Positions 1-12,170 of a DNA stretch of 64,000 nt are shown in pieces. The notes below the pieces were generated by a model. It searched no databases and was not told where the DNA came from. It saw only the letters and a program-made list of their open reading frames with translations. The first letter of the stretch is position 1; each line of letters starts with the position of its first letter. Both the position numbers and the translations under genes were made by a program. The stretch is from Lepidodermella squamata (lineage: Eukaryota > Animalia > Gastrotricha), in contig JBLDXI010000055.1 of assembly GCA_047495785.1 (NCBI GenBank), positions 1,364,001-1,428,000 on the forward strand, written 5' to 3'.

Positions 1-169
1 TAATACTTTTGATTTTTTATATGCAAATTTATGCAAATCAGGTGTCTTTATTCATGATTACTGTCGTATTAAAATCTGGGCTGCTGGCATACCTTCTTTT
101 GAGCTCCGGATGACTTCACGTCCTAAATAATTTTTCAGTTCCCAAGTAAAGTATTCAATCTTAACAAAT

Positions 170-583
170 ATGTCCTTCAGCGGCAATGATCTAGCGGAAG
201 AAGCGACTGTAATTGATGCACGCAAAAACGCGCAGTTGTTTGAATTAGCTCGGCAGATGAGTGCAAAGACTTCTCAGTTCATCGAAGGCGAGATGCGAGC
301 TGGTTGTCAGTCATATGCTATGCTTGAGGAAATGAACAAAGCTGCTTCCCGTAAGTATGAGGAGCAGAGATTGCTTGTCGATGGAATTACCGAATCGATC
401 GATGAAGTTAACGAGAAACACCATGCCGTGATTCAACCACTGTTAAAGCAGTTGGACCATTTAGAAGTTGGCGTCACTTCTCTCGAAAAGTCAGCTGAAC
501 AGCTCGACGAATGGTCAAAACTTCTTGAGCTTCGAATGAAGGAATGGGAAAAGCGATTGCTTACAGCCGCCCATCAGCAATGA
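170..583 (+). CDS. BLOC1S2: Biogenesis of lysosome-related organelles complex 1 subunit 2
   Basis: Single-exon 137-aa coiled-coil ORF with BLOC1S2-like segments (Y..LEEMNK...KY; IQPLLKQLD.LE..V..LE..A..LDEWSK.LE). Confidence 0.85.
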   Translation: MSFSGNDLAEEATVIDARKNAQLFELARQMSAKTSQFIEGEMRAGCQSYAMLEEMNKAASRKYEEQRLLVDGITESIDEVNEKHHAVIQPLLKQLDHLEVGVTSLEKSAEQLDEWSKLLELRMKEWEKRLLTAAHQQ

Positions 584-803
584 TGCACTATATTTCCACC
601 ATGACGTGCTAATATTTCGATTCTCCATTTCTTTGATTGTCTATCGAAATGCTTTCATATGATTGCTTTTGTATCGTTAACTGTCAATCTAGTGCTTGTT
701 ATTTTCCGTGAACATTAAAATATGACGTATTTGGCTTCATTATGTTCTTACTATTATTTCTTTGCTTAGGCCGTTCTTAATAATTAGCTGAGCATGTAGC
801 GAA

Positions 804-3800
804 ATGGGATATTTTCACCAAATCAAGTTGCTTCTTTGGAAGAACTATCTAGTCAAGAGAAGGCTACCGGTAAGAACTTTTGTAAAATTTGTTCTCTTGC
901 ACATTTTTTCTATTTTAGCACATATTGTTCCTTGAAACATTCATCCCATTTGTCCTTTTCGTTATTCTTGGACTCATACGGCAACATGAGTTACCCATCC
1001 CGACGCATACTGGTTTGTTACTTTGATTTTTGCTTGAATTATTTGTTGATTTTCCATTTTCCAGGTTTTATCCCAGCTAAGGCTTTGCCTTCCTCCGGTA
1101 TCGTTTCCGTGATGCAAACATTCTGTTATGGAGAGAGCGATTTTCACTTCGATGGCAATGGACTTCCGAAGCTTCCTGAAAACTCCACGTACGTCTATTG
1201 TGTGTTTCGGCGCAAGGTCTCAAATTGTATCCCTAACTTTCAGATTATTTGTGTGGCTTGGCAAAGTCAACAACGTTGTGAAGGGTCATTACACTTTGTT
1301 CGCCAACTACACAGTGGAGCTGTTTGATCAGATTCCATCAAATTACGAGGAAGATGTTGACCACTACAGCAAAGTTTATCAGCGCTTTGGCGAACTTGAA
1401 AGTGAGTTATTTATATTGGCTAAGATCCAAAGTAACTCGCATTTTCACGTTGATAGATGCGACTGGCAATAACATCGAAAGCAGCAATTATATTGACGGC
1501 AGTTCAAGTTCTTACTCTGGCTCATTTATTCCGTTAAATTTAACGCAGTCTCCATTGTTGTCTAATAATACTAAAGTGGAGGGCTTGATCAGTCGAATCA
1601 ATAATAATAGTCTGACTGTCACCGATGCCATGTCGCTAGTATCATTGCTGAGGCATGGAGCCAACTTCTCTTCTGGAGGCGATGTTTTTTCGAAGCACAA
1701 TGTTGCGAAACTTTTTGTGGTTTGTTGTCTCCTAGCTTCAGTATCTACATTTTCATTTGAAAACATTTCAGCCTCTTCTCAGCCGGAAAGAACTTCAGGG
1801 CTCATTCTTGTCCAAAGAGATGATTCTCCGAATCGCGAACCGTACTGGCGCGAATGCAACTCTTTTGCTGGACAAATTCAGCTCTGACAAGGATCTGAAT
1901 GCGTTGAGCGAAGAAAATGACGGGGATTTCTCCGATGAAGTGCTTTCAGAATTCATCGATTACGATATGTTAGCTGATGCTTTGAACGTCACCAACAAAA
2001 CGGGAGCCGCCTTAAAAGATGCTCTAATCGACCTAGCGCATGATGTGAGTGGAAAACATAAGTATTACTCTGTTCCTATTTTTGTAAATTTCCACTACCA
2101 GCTGGACGAGTTCACCAAGTTTCACAGTACTCTCGATGAATTGGCTGAGATTGTAAATTATCTTCCTTTGGACGGTTGTCACGACGGCGAAAATCGTTCT
2201 TCTGAACACGCAAATAGTACGAGCACCACAAAAGCTACCAAGTAAATCTAAATACAATTTATTCTATGCTAAATTGATTCTACGTTCCCTATAATGCAGT
2301 TTCGGAGGTCTGGTCAAAATCTATAAATCACTACAGCCGATATTTTGTCCGAACGACGAGCCCATGAAGAGCGGCTTAGTTACCACACCGCCGACAACAA
2401 CCACAGCGAAAACCCACGGTGGTTAGTTTTACTTGATAGTGCTTAAATTCAAGTTGAATTTCCCATTATAAATGACCTGAAATGATATTAAAAATAATGC
2501 GTTCAGGAGATTCTGATATTTCCAACGCCACAAATGAGCTTCATCACGGTAAGAACCGCGACCCCTGACAAGGCTATTTTTGTTGTGTTTTTTATTTTTT
2601 GTTGCGTAACGTAACATTTGTCATATTGCCTGATCACTGTGAGTCGTGCACATTCAGTTCTTGACCCCTGGTTTTGCTTAACTAGCATCTAATCAAGTTA
2701 TGCTTTTTTCCCCGCTAGGTGAAAGTCAAATCAGCTCAGCAGTCACCGATCACTTGCAGATTTTGTCGAATATCTTGAACAGCAACCCGAAAATATTGTT
2801 CACACCAGCAAATACTAGTGCGAATTTAGTCATGAAACAAGCAAATAAAACCTTCGAATTCATCGACCATCTCAGCGTATACGCAAGGCACTGGATGCAC
2901 AACATTTCACATGATCTGCGAGCATACATCTCGAGACCTGATATGGATAAAAAGTTGGAGTCACTGAGGAAGACCCAGCGAGACCTTATTGAAATTCGAT
3001 CTCTTGCAATGAAACACGGCGGTCTGCGTAATTTAACGAGTTATTACGAGGCCGTGTCGCCGTTTCTTGCTCTAAATATCAAAAATTCGTCAACCATGTT
3101 GTCACAACTTGATCTCATCGACAAGGCTGCCTGCACCTGGGTGAACCTCATGTCTGGTGTTGACCTATCTCTTTTCGTGCCTTTCAACGAGGAATACGAG
3201 GCGATCGACTACGCTCTCTACGAAGCGTACAAAACCAACACAACAGTAATGGCGATTGTCGTGTTCGAAGTGAATCGAACTACGGGTGGACTACCGCCTC
3301 ACACGAACTACAAAATTCGAATGAACTCAACTTTCCTGCCGAGTGTTCGCAAAATTCGACCTCTTTACTGGTCTCCTCAGCCTAGAAACTGGGATTACAG
3401 TTATTACACGTAAGGATGCGCTGGGATATCATTATTAGATAATGCAAAACCGATTAATTAATTTAGTTACGGGTTTTCTTGGATTCAAGACATGGTGGAG
3501 CGAGCTTTAATTGACGTCATGGTTGGCCATGAAGTAATCGAGCCCGGCAGTTACGCTCTCAATTTTCCTTACCCATGCTACCAATACGATATTTTCTTGT
3601 TGTAAGTTATTCCCAAACTGGAGATTTTCGATCCATAAATTCTGTTTTGTTTAGTACCAATGACATGATATTACCGCTAACGATGACTATCAGTTTTGTC
3701 TACACTGCGGCAATTTTGGTGCAAAATATTGTCTCGGAAAAGGAAAAGCGTCTGAAAGAGTTCATGAAAGTAATGGGTCTAAGCAACGCCGTTCATGGAA

Positions 3801-6800
3801 TGGCGTGGTTTATCACCGCCTTCTCGCAGATGACTTTTTCAATGACTGTCGTAACGCTGATGTTGAAGTACTCTAAAGTGTTACTACACAGCAACGCTAT
3901 TATAATCTGGCTGATCCTTGAGCTGTACGCCATTGCTACTATCACGTTCTGCTTCCTAGTTAGCGCGTTGTTCTCGAAGGCGAAAATCGCCTCTGCGACA
4001 GCCGGCATTCTCTACTTCCTATCATACGTGCCTGCTATGTACATCGGAATCCGTGAAGACATCGCCGGCGGTCAGATGCCGACGTTTGTCAAACGCGTCG
4101 CTAGTTTGCTACACACGTCTGCTTTCGGTCTATCGTGCAAATACATCAGTTTGTACGAAAGTGAGGGTGTCGGGGTTCACTGGGACAATATGGCCTCGTC
4201 CCCGATCGAGCACGATTCTTTCTCGCTGGCCGGTGCTATTGGTTTCATGGCGATTGACGCGTTTATCTACGCAGTGACCGCCTGGTACGTCGAGCACATT
4301 CTCCCGGGTAGCTACGGAATTCCGAAGCCATGGTTTTTTGTGCTCACCAAGCATTACTGGCTCGGAACTCCGGGCGATGACGAGTACGAAAAACCGCCGT
4401 TTATCGCGGTTTTATCCGATTGGATGAAAAAGCTGTGGCGTTGCAACAGAGTCGATCTGTCAGTGATTGAAGAGGATCAACTAAATGCGATGAACAGTGC
4501 TGAGAGCAGTAACTCGAATCATTACGAACATGACCCATTGAATTTACCGCTCGGTGTTGAAATTGATAACTTGACCAAAGTTTACAAGAAAACGGGTAAA
4601 CTGGCGGTCAATAAACTGTCAATGCGACTTTACGAGTCGCAGATAACTGGTTTACTCGGGCACAACGGAGCTGGTAAAACATCGACCATGTCGATATTGA
4701 CTGGTATTTTACCGCCCTCGAGCGGTACTGCCCGCATTTACGGCTTGGACATCAGGTCAAATCTGGACACTATTCGTTCGTCGGTCGGTTACTGCCCGCA
4801 GTATAACGTCTTGTTCGAGCAGCTTACAGGCGAAGAGCATCTGATGTTTTACAGTGGCTTGAAGCGAGTGAGTGATGCAGTGACCAAAATTGACGTCCAA
4901 CAAATGTTAGCCGATGTTGGATTGACTGTGAAGCGGAACACGCCCGTTGATCATTTATCTGGAGGAATGAAGCGAAAACTATCTGTTGCTCTGGCTTTCA
5001 TCGCTCAATCTCGTCTGGTCATTCTCGACGAACCTACAGCCGGCGTTGATCCTTACTCTCGCCGCGCCATTTGGGATCTGATCATCAAATACAAAAAAGG
5101 CCGGACAATTTTGCTGTCGACTCATCACATGGACGAGGCTGATGTTTTGTCTGATAGAATCGCGATAATCTCAAACGGCCGGCTGAAATGCTGCGGATCG
5201 TCGATTTTCCTGCGAAACGCTTTCTGTGACGGCTATCACTTGATTTGTGTCAAAAATGCGGCAACTTTCAATTGGCTGGAAACAATGTCATTTGTTAAGC
5301 GTGAAATTCCGTCATCGTTCTTACACATGGAATCGAAACAGGAGCTGCATTTTATTTTGCCTTATGCCGAGGAAAGGTCAGGCCGTTTTGTCCCATTTTT
5401 CAGAGATTTGTCGAAAAACTTGGCCAATCTTGGTCTTGCGTCTTTTGGTGTTTATGATTCGACCCTTGAAGAGGCGTTCCTTCGTATCACTCAGACAGCG
5501 CAGTGTGAGGAAGGGCAAACTTTTCTCAGGCCGTCGACGTCATCCCGGCATCACCGCCGAACATCTGCCGGCAGTCAGAGCAGCGCCACCTCTCAGGCCA
5601 AGTACCAAACTAATTCTGCTGAAACTACGAGTGACCGAGGCGATGTGCCTTTGATAAATTGTTCGACGTCTTCAAACCCGCCTCGCCAACGCGGTCATGT
5701 TCGGCAATCGAGCGATCAAGTTTCAGGCATGATGGCCGGGTCGAGTTCAAACGGCGGGCGGCGCAATCGTGGCCATCAACGCCAATCGTCGGCCGATTCT
5801 GTTCTCTTGAACAACATTGCCAAAAACCCGATGCCAGACAAAGCGCCAGATGCGACATCTCTGCTATCAGCTGCTGATGTTTTCGCGTTGCTGGGTGATA
5901 CTTCTAATGGCGCAAGCAGCTCGTCGTTCGGAATGGGTGCGAATTACACGCAAATGTGCAGTTCGCCGCCCCAATTTATCCACCTTAAACATTTCAAAGC
6001 GCTAATGATCAAGCGGGCTTTGTATGTGAAACGTAATTGGAAAGTGCTGTTTTCTCAAGTTTTCCTGCCCGCGATTTTCGTCTCGATCGCTATGTCGATG
6101 GCTTTATCAGCTCCGAATATGGACGACCCGCCTCCGCTTGTTCTGAGCCCGGCCCAGTATTACAACTACACCCGGCCTCGGGGTAATTTTGTCCCGGTTT
6201 CTAATTACGCCAGAGCTCCAGGTCGCGAGTCGACTTTTGTCACCGGACCGGATGGCTGGTCTGACGCCTCGCCGTCTGAATTAGCAAATACTCTTCACCT
6301 ACCGAGTGGTTTGGCCGCAACCTGTGTCCTCAGATCGCCGGATCTATTCATGGATTCGTCAATGTTCAACTTCAGCAAACGCGACTACCAGCTGGTTGAG
6401 CGATTTTTCAACCGAGAATGCGCTAGCGTGTTCGTAAAAGGGCTCTTCGTTAAAGATTTTCTGCCACCACCGCCGACTAAGGCCACGCCAAGCACTACTG
6501 AGTCGACGAAATTCGGGTTCTCAACATCAACCACAACGAGCCCGCCGACTACGGCACCGCATTTCAACAATGCGACATCGACTCCGAGAGGCCCGCCGCT
6601 TTTTTACCCGATCTGTCAATGCGCGAGTGATTTCTCGGGTTTCTACTGTTCGAATGACTACGCTTCACCACCGAAATACCAACTAATCACTGGTGATTAC
6701 GTTGTTGATATCGGTTACCAAAACATGTCGGAGTACATTTTATTCACAACTGATGAGTATCGTCTACACCGATATGGCGCGTTGACCTTCGGCCAGGAAC

Positions 6801-9599
6801 TGCAGCACATCCCGCGCCATTTCGGCGATAATTTGCCTACAGAGTTTCGCCGCCTTGCTATTCGTCGCGTCGGAGTTTTCTCGTTCAATCACCGCGGTTT
6901 CCATGCAATGCCGTCATTCTTAAACGCAATGAATAACGCTATTCTTCGAGCTAATCTTCAGAAAAGACCCGAACTAGGCAATCCGGCTGCTTACGGCATC
7001 ACTGTCTATAATCACCCGATCAACGGAACGGATAAAGTCGAGTTTCAAGACATGGCGTAAGTTTCAATATATTTTGTTTTACACGGGCATGTTATTGAAA
7101 GATATTTCGTTTGTGTTTCAATCTTGAAAGACTCAAGTAAGACACGAGTGACCCGCGATGTCCCTTATTTTACTACTAATTTCCTTCGCTGATTTTTCTT
7201 TTCGCTGATACAACCATTTTTCAATTTTTTTTCACGTGCTTTGGTTGTTCTATTGATGAATTAATGCATTCTTGTTTTGGGTTATTTAGGACTCAAGGAA
7301 CTGATACGATGATTGCAGTGTTCATCATCATTGCGATGTCATTCGTGCCCGCCTCCTTCGTCGTATTCCTCGTCTACGAACGCTCGCTGTTGTCGAAGCA
7401 CACTCAACTGATGGCCGGACTCCATCCTATCACATACTGGCTAACAAATTACATTTGGGATCTTCTGAATTATCTGATTCCCTCAATTTGTTGCATCGTA
7501 AGTCATCATTTTTTAGCACTAATCTCATGTTAATTTTCGTTGTGTTAGATAATTCTGGTTATTTTCAACATTCCTGCGTATGTGGCCGGGAAGAATCTTC
7601 CTGCTATAATTTTGCTGTTCCTGCTCTACGGGTGGAGCATTACCCCCATGATGTATCCCGCATCTTTCTACCTGAGGTGAAAATATTAAATTTTACTTGA
7701 AACACCATCTTAATTTTTTTATTTTTTTTTCAGTGATCCTAGCACGGTAACTTATTTCTATTCGATTATGGTGGAGTTATTTTTACATTTTTTTCCAAAT
7801 ATCAGGCTTATATCATTTTGGTCGTGATCAATTTGTTTGTTGGAACTACATGTGTCATCACGAGCTTTTTGTTGGATTTGTTCCATAATTCCGAGGTTTT
7901 GTCCGCCATTCACAATTTCTTGAAAATCGCCTTCCTCATTTCACCATCTTACTGTTTGGGTCGCGGGTTGATGGACGTGGCGATAAACCAATATCGCAAC
8001 GAATTCTACATATTAGCCGGTCAGCTCGAGAACATTCAGTCGCCTTTTGCGTGGGAAATCACTATGCGAAATTACGTGGTAATGATCTGCGAGGGTTTCA
8101 TATTTTTCGGACTTACCCTGGTTTTGGAGTACGTATCCGGCGTAATTTGGAGCGGCTCGTCGGGGAAAGGGGCGGCGAAACGCCGGCGAACTTGGATCCC
8201 GCCCAGCATGCGAGACACGATGAACGACGACCCAGATGTGATAGCCGAGAGGCATCGTGTCTTATCCGGAGCTGCGGCTGACGATTTGCTGATAATCGAC
8301 GGTCTGACTAAGGAATACAGTTCCCGAGTTGGCCGGCTACTCGCTGTCGACCGGCTAAGTATTGGTTTATCATCCGGCGAGTGTTTCGGGTTGTTAGGCC
8401 TGAACGGCGCGGGTAAATCGACGACTTTTTCCATGCTCACCGGTGTTTTGAATGCGACCTCTGGCGAGGCGAGGATTCTGGGTAATCTCCTATGTGGCGA
8501 CGGCCGTCCGTCAGCGGAGGTCATGAAATCAGTCGGCTATTGCCCGCAAACTGACCCTCTACTCGACGAACTGACCGCCCGTGAACACCTGCAGCTCTAC
8601 GCGAGGATTCGAGCCATTCCATCGACGGTTCAGCCGCAAATTGTTGATTGGTTACTGGAGAGAATGGGTCTTCAATTGTACGCAGACAGGCCGAGTCGAA
8701 CGTTTTCCGGCGGTACAAAACGTAAATTATCCGCTGCCCTGGCTCTTCTCGGTAATCCTAGTACGATTTTGCTCGACGAACCAACGACTGGCATGGACCC
8801 AGGTTCAAGGCGGTTCTTATGGAATTTGATCCTCGAATTAAGGCATGAAAATCGTTTGGTGGTCCTGACCTCACATAGCATGGAAGAGTGTGAGGTGCTG
8901 TGTAGCCGCCTAGGCGTCATGGTTGCGGGTAAACTGCGATGCCTGGGCAGCACGCAACAGCTGAAAGACAAGTTCGGCAAAGGCTATTCAGTGACCCTTC
9001 GATTGCCGGCAAATAGCCAGCCTATGACCAGTTGTTCGTACGGCTACGGTAGAGCAGCTGCTCCTCAGTCTGGCAATTTTCCATCGTCGATCGACGCCAT
9101 CAACGAAGCTTTCTTACGAGCCGGCTTTCCGTCTACTTCTTGGCGATTAGTTGCTCGACGCCATCAAATACTTGAACTGGCTATATTGGACCCAAAACCT
9201 GATTTGAGTCTCCTTTTCAAAGTTCTCGAGGACTTGCGGTTGTTCCGCCATATAACTGACTTCTCAATTTCTCAAAATACTCTTGATAGCGTAAGTTCCT
9301 TTGCTTTATTTGGCGACCTGTGTAAATTGACCTACCTTAATTTTTTTCAGGTGTTCCTTCAGTTGGCTCGTGAAAACGAGCATTTGCAAGTTGCAGCTCA
9401 CAAAACTGGAAAAAGCAATAGCACTGTATCGAGTAATGACTCTGGAGCTGGTGCGACTTCGTCTTCAGCTAATGTCTCAATTTCGGACCCGTCGACAGTG
9501 ACATGGGCTGACGACGAGTTGATCGAAGAGCACGACGAAGAATTGCTGCTGCCGGCTTCCGAGCATCGCAATCGAATGCGCCTTGAAATTGTGACTTGA
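804..9599 (+). CDS. ABCA2: ABCA2-like full-length ABC transporter, copy #1 (multi-exon)
   Basis: Starts [22 protein letters not shown] (ABCA LLLWKN motif). NBD1 has [28 protein letters not shown]; NBD2 has [32 protein letters not shown]2-type segments [60 protein letters not shown] introns join the ORF pieces in frame. Confidence 0.9.
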
Positions 9600-10433
9600 A
9601 TTAAGCGTGCTTCTATTTGGTCATCCTTTTTTGACCGACAACAATAATAATATTCTAGCTTTCAATGCGCGGGTCTTGCTTAAAGGGTTTCTTCTTTCGT
9701 GCTAACTGCGAAATTCCCTCTTTTTCTTACTCGATTACGCATGCAAATACGTGTACATTTATAACGTCAAATTTGTGCCCTACTTTTAATATATATAAAA
9801 AAACTCGTAACCAATGATAACGTGTAAAACAGCGAGTCTGCATTGTTTATGTCTTGGCATGAGAGAACAAATATCTCGGTTCATAATATTTGTGCACAGA
9901 GTGAGATCAATTTTTATTTCTACCTTCATTTGTTTTACCCACTTTTAATTACCGATAAATCTCCATCTTATTTCCGATATTTACGCATTTTACCAAATTA
10001 TTATTATTTAACTACCTTCCCTATTTTATTCGATATTCAGCATCCCAAGATTTTTACGGTGTTTATGAAGAAGTTGTAGAAGAGACTTGGACCTGGACCG
10101 TGTGTTTTGCTCATGAAAGTAATCAACAAGCATATTATATTTGAAAACTGAAGAACAATCAATCACATTCTCACAAGTCGAATTTTTACATAAAGCATTG
10201 TAGCACCTTTTCATTTGTTCTAATCGACTTTTGCTGCTTGTCTAGCACGTGTGAATTCATCATCTCATCTCTTGTTGTGGATAAGGTTGCATTTTCTCGC
10301 GTCTATTTTTTTGAACGAAGTGATGCGGTTTGCACTAGTGTCGACACTTCGGGCGATATAACGATTGTGGCAATGAATAAAATTGATTTTCGCGTTTCAA
10401 AGCCGGTGTTTTTTCTCTCTAGATCTGTAATAC

Positions 10434-12094
10434 ATGTCGAAAACGGTTGCTAATGGCGCCCAGCTGCCGGCTTTCATCGTCGATCATGGCGCTGGAGCGA
10501 TTAAGGCAAATTTAGCCTCAGCAGCCGAACCTCGGTGGGTAAAATGCTCTAATTATGCGTAGTAATAGAATTTCGTCAATTTACAATCGATTTCGCAGCG
10601 TGATTCCCAACTGCGTTACGAAAGCCAAAAACTTGAAATCTCGAGTTTTCATTGGGGACCAGTTGAAAGACTGCAAAGATTTCTCGGGGCTGTTCTATAA
10701 CTATGCATTTCAAAAGGTAACAACCGGCCGTTCATTCCCGCCTGTATCTTTGAAAATTTTCTCAGGGATATTTAGTAAATTGGGAGCTGGAAAAGCAAAT
10801 CTGGGATCATATGCTTGGGCCAGAATGCTTCGACTTGCAATCGAACGCACTATCCGAGACGATGCTCGTGCTGACCGAACCGCCGTTCAATTTCAACCAG
10901 CTACGCGACCCAGCAATCGAGGTCATTTTTGAAGAATTCGGCTTTGGAAAACTCTTTTGCACAATCCGTTGGTTAAGTGTAATATTTTACTTGAACCACG
11001 GCTAATTTTTGTCATTTTAGCTGCCATTTTTGCGAACTTGCAATATAATCTTGAGAACAAGAAGAAACCCGCGCCTGGTCCTCAGATTTCGAGCCGAAAG
11101 GGAGGCAAAAACAAGCCATCACTGCCAGTATCCTGCTGCATGGTCGTAGATACCGGATTCTCTTTCAGCCACATCATACCTTGCTGCAACAACAGGGTGA
11201 TAGCTGAAGGAATAGTCAGGTAAATAATCAATTAATTAAGTCTGAATAATCTAATTAGCATCAATTTTCAGGATTGACATCGGCGGAAAAGCGCTGACTA
11301 ATCATTTGAAAGAAGTGATCTCATATCGGCAGCTCATGGTTATGGAGGAGACTTACGTTGTGAACACTCTGAAAGAGGACATTTCATTTGTTTCTAAAGA
11401 CATGATGGCTGATTTAGACATGTGCAGGTAATTGATACTTATTTCTCGCATTTTTGAGTATTTATCCATGGAATTATTTAAGGAAAGGCGCAACTGGCAA
11501 CCCGTACACGATAGATTACGTGTTACCTGATTTTGTCAATTTGAATCGCGGCTTGGTTATGAAACCCGGCGAACCTCGACCGGCGACCTTCACCGGCCAC
11601 GAGCAAATCTTGCGGCTGTGCAACGAACGCTTCGCCATTCCAGAACTTCTATTCCGCCCGTCTGACGTCGGCATCGAGCAAATGGGAATAGCTGAAGCGC
11701 TAGTCTATTCAGTCTCCAAGTTGCCCGAAGAATTTCACCCTCACCTTTACGAGAACATCGTAGTGACAGGCGGCAATGCTGCAATACCCGGATTTGTCGA
11801 GCGACTTGAATCTGAAGTTCGATCTTTGGTGCCGGACATGTTCACCGTCAATGTATTTCTACCTCCAGAGTAATTTTCTGATTCGAAAATCGGTTTTGAT
11901 TGCAAATTTTCTGAAAATTTTTCAGCACGGTGTCTTATGCATGGCAGGGTGAGCGATCTCTAGCCACGAATCCTCAACTATCGCAACTTCTCGAATCAGC
12001 CGTTGTTTCAAAAGCTGATTACAACGAGAATGGCGTTCGTTATTGCACGGACCAAATCGAAAAATTTACCTACGGTGGAACAGTCAATTGCTGA
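10434..12094 (+). CDS. ACTR6: Actin-related protein 6 (SWR1/SRCAP complex), multi-exon
   Basis: ATG at 10434 gives MSKTVANGAQLPAFIVDHGAGAIKA. Arp6-typical motifs IPNCVTKAK...RVFIGDQL, LTEPPFNF, CCMVVDTGFSFSHIIP, IDIGGKALTNHLKEVISYRQL, DYVLPDF, NERFAIPELLFRPSDVGIEQMGIAEA. Stop TGA at 12092-12094. Confidence 0.92.
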
Positions 12095-12170
12095 AATCTT
12101 TCATTCAATACCTATCTCATTTGTTTTTATCTAAAAATTCGTTATTTTTATATTATAGAGTTTTATTGAG

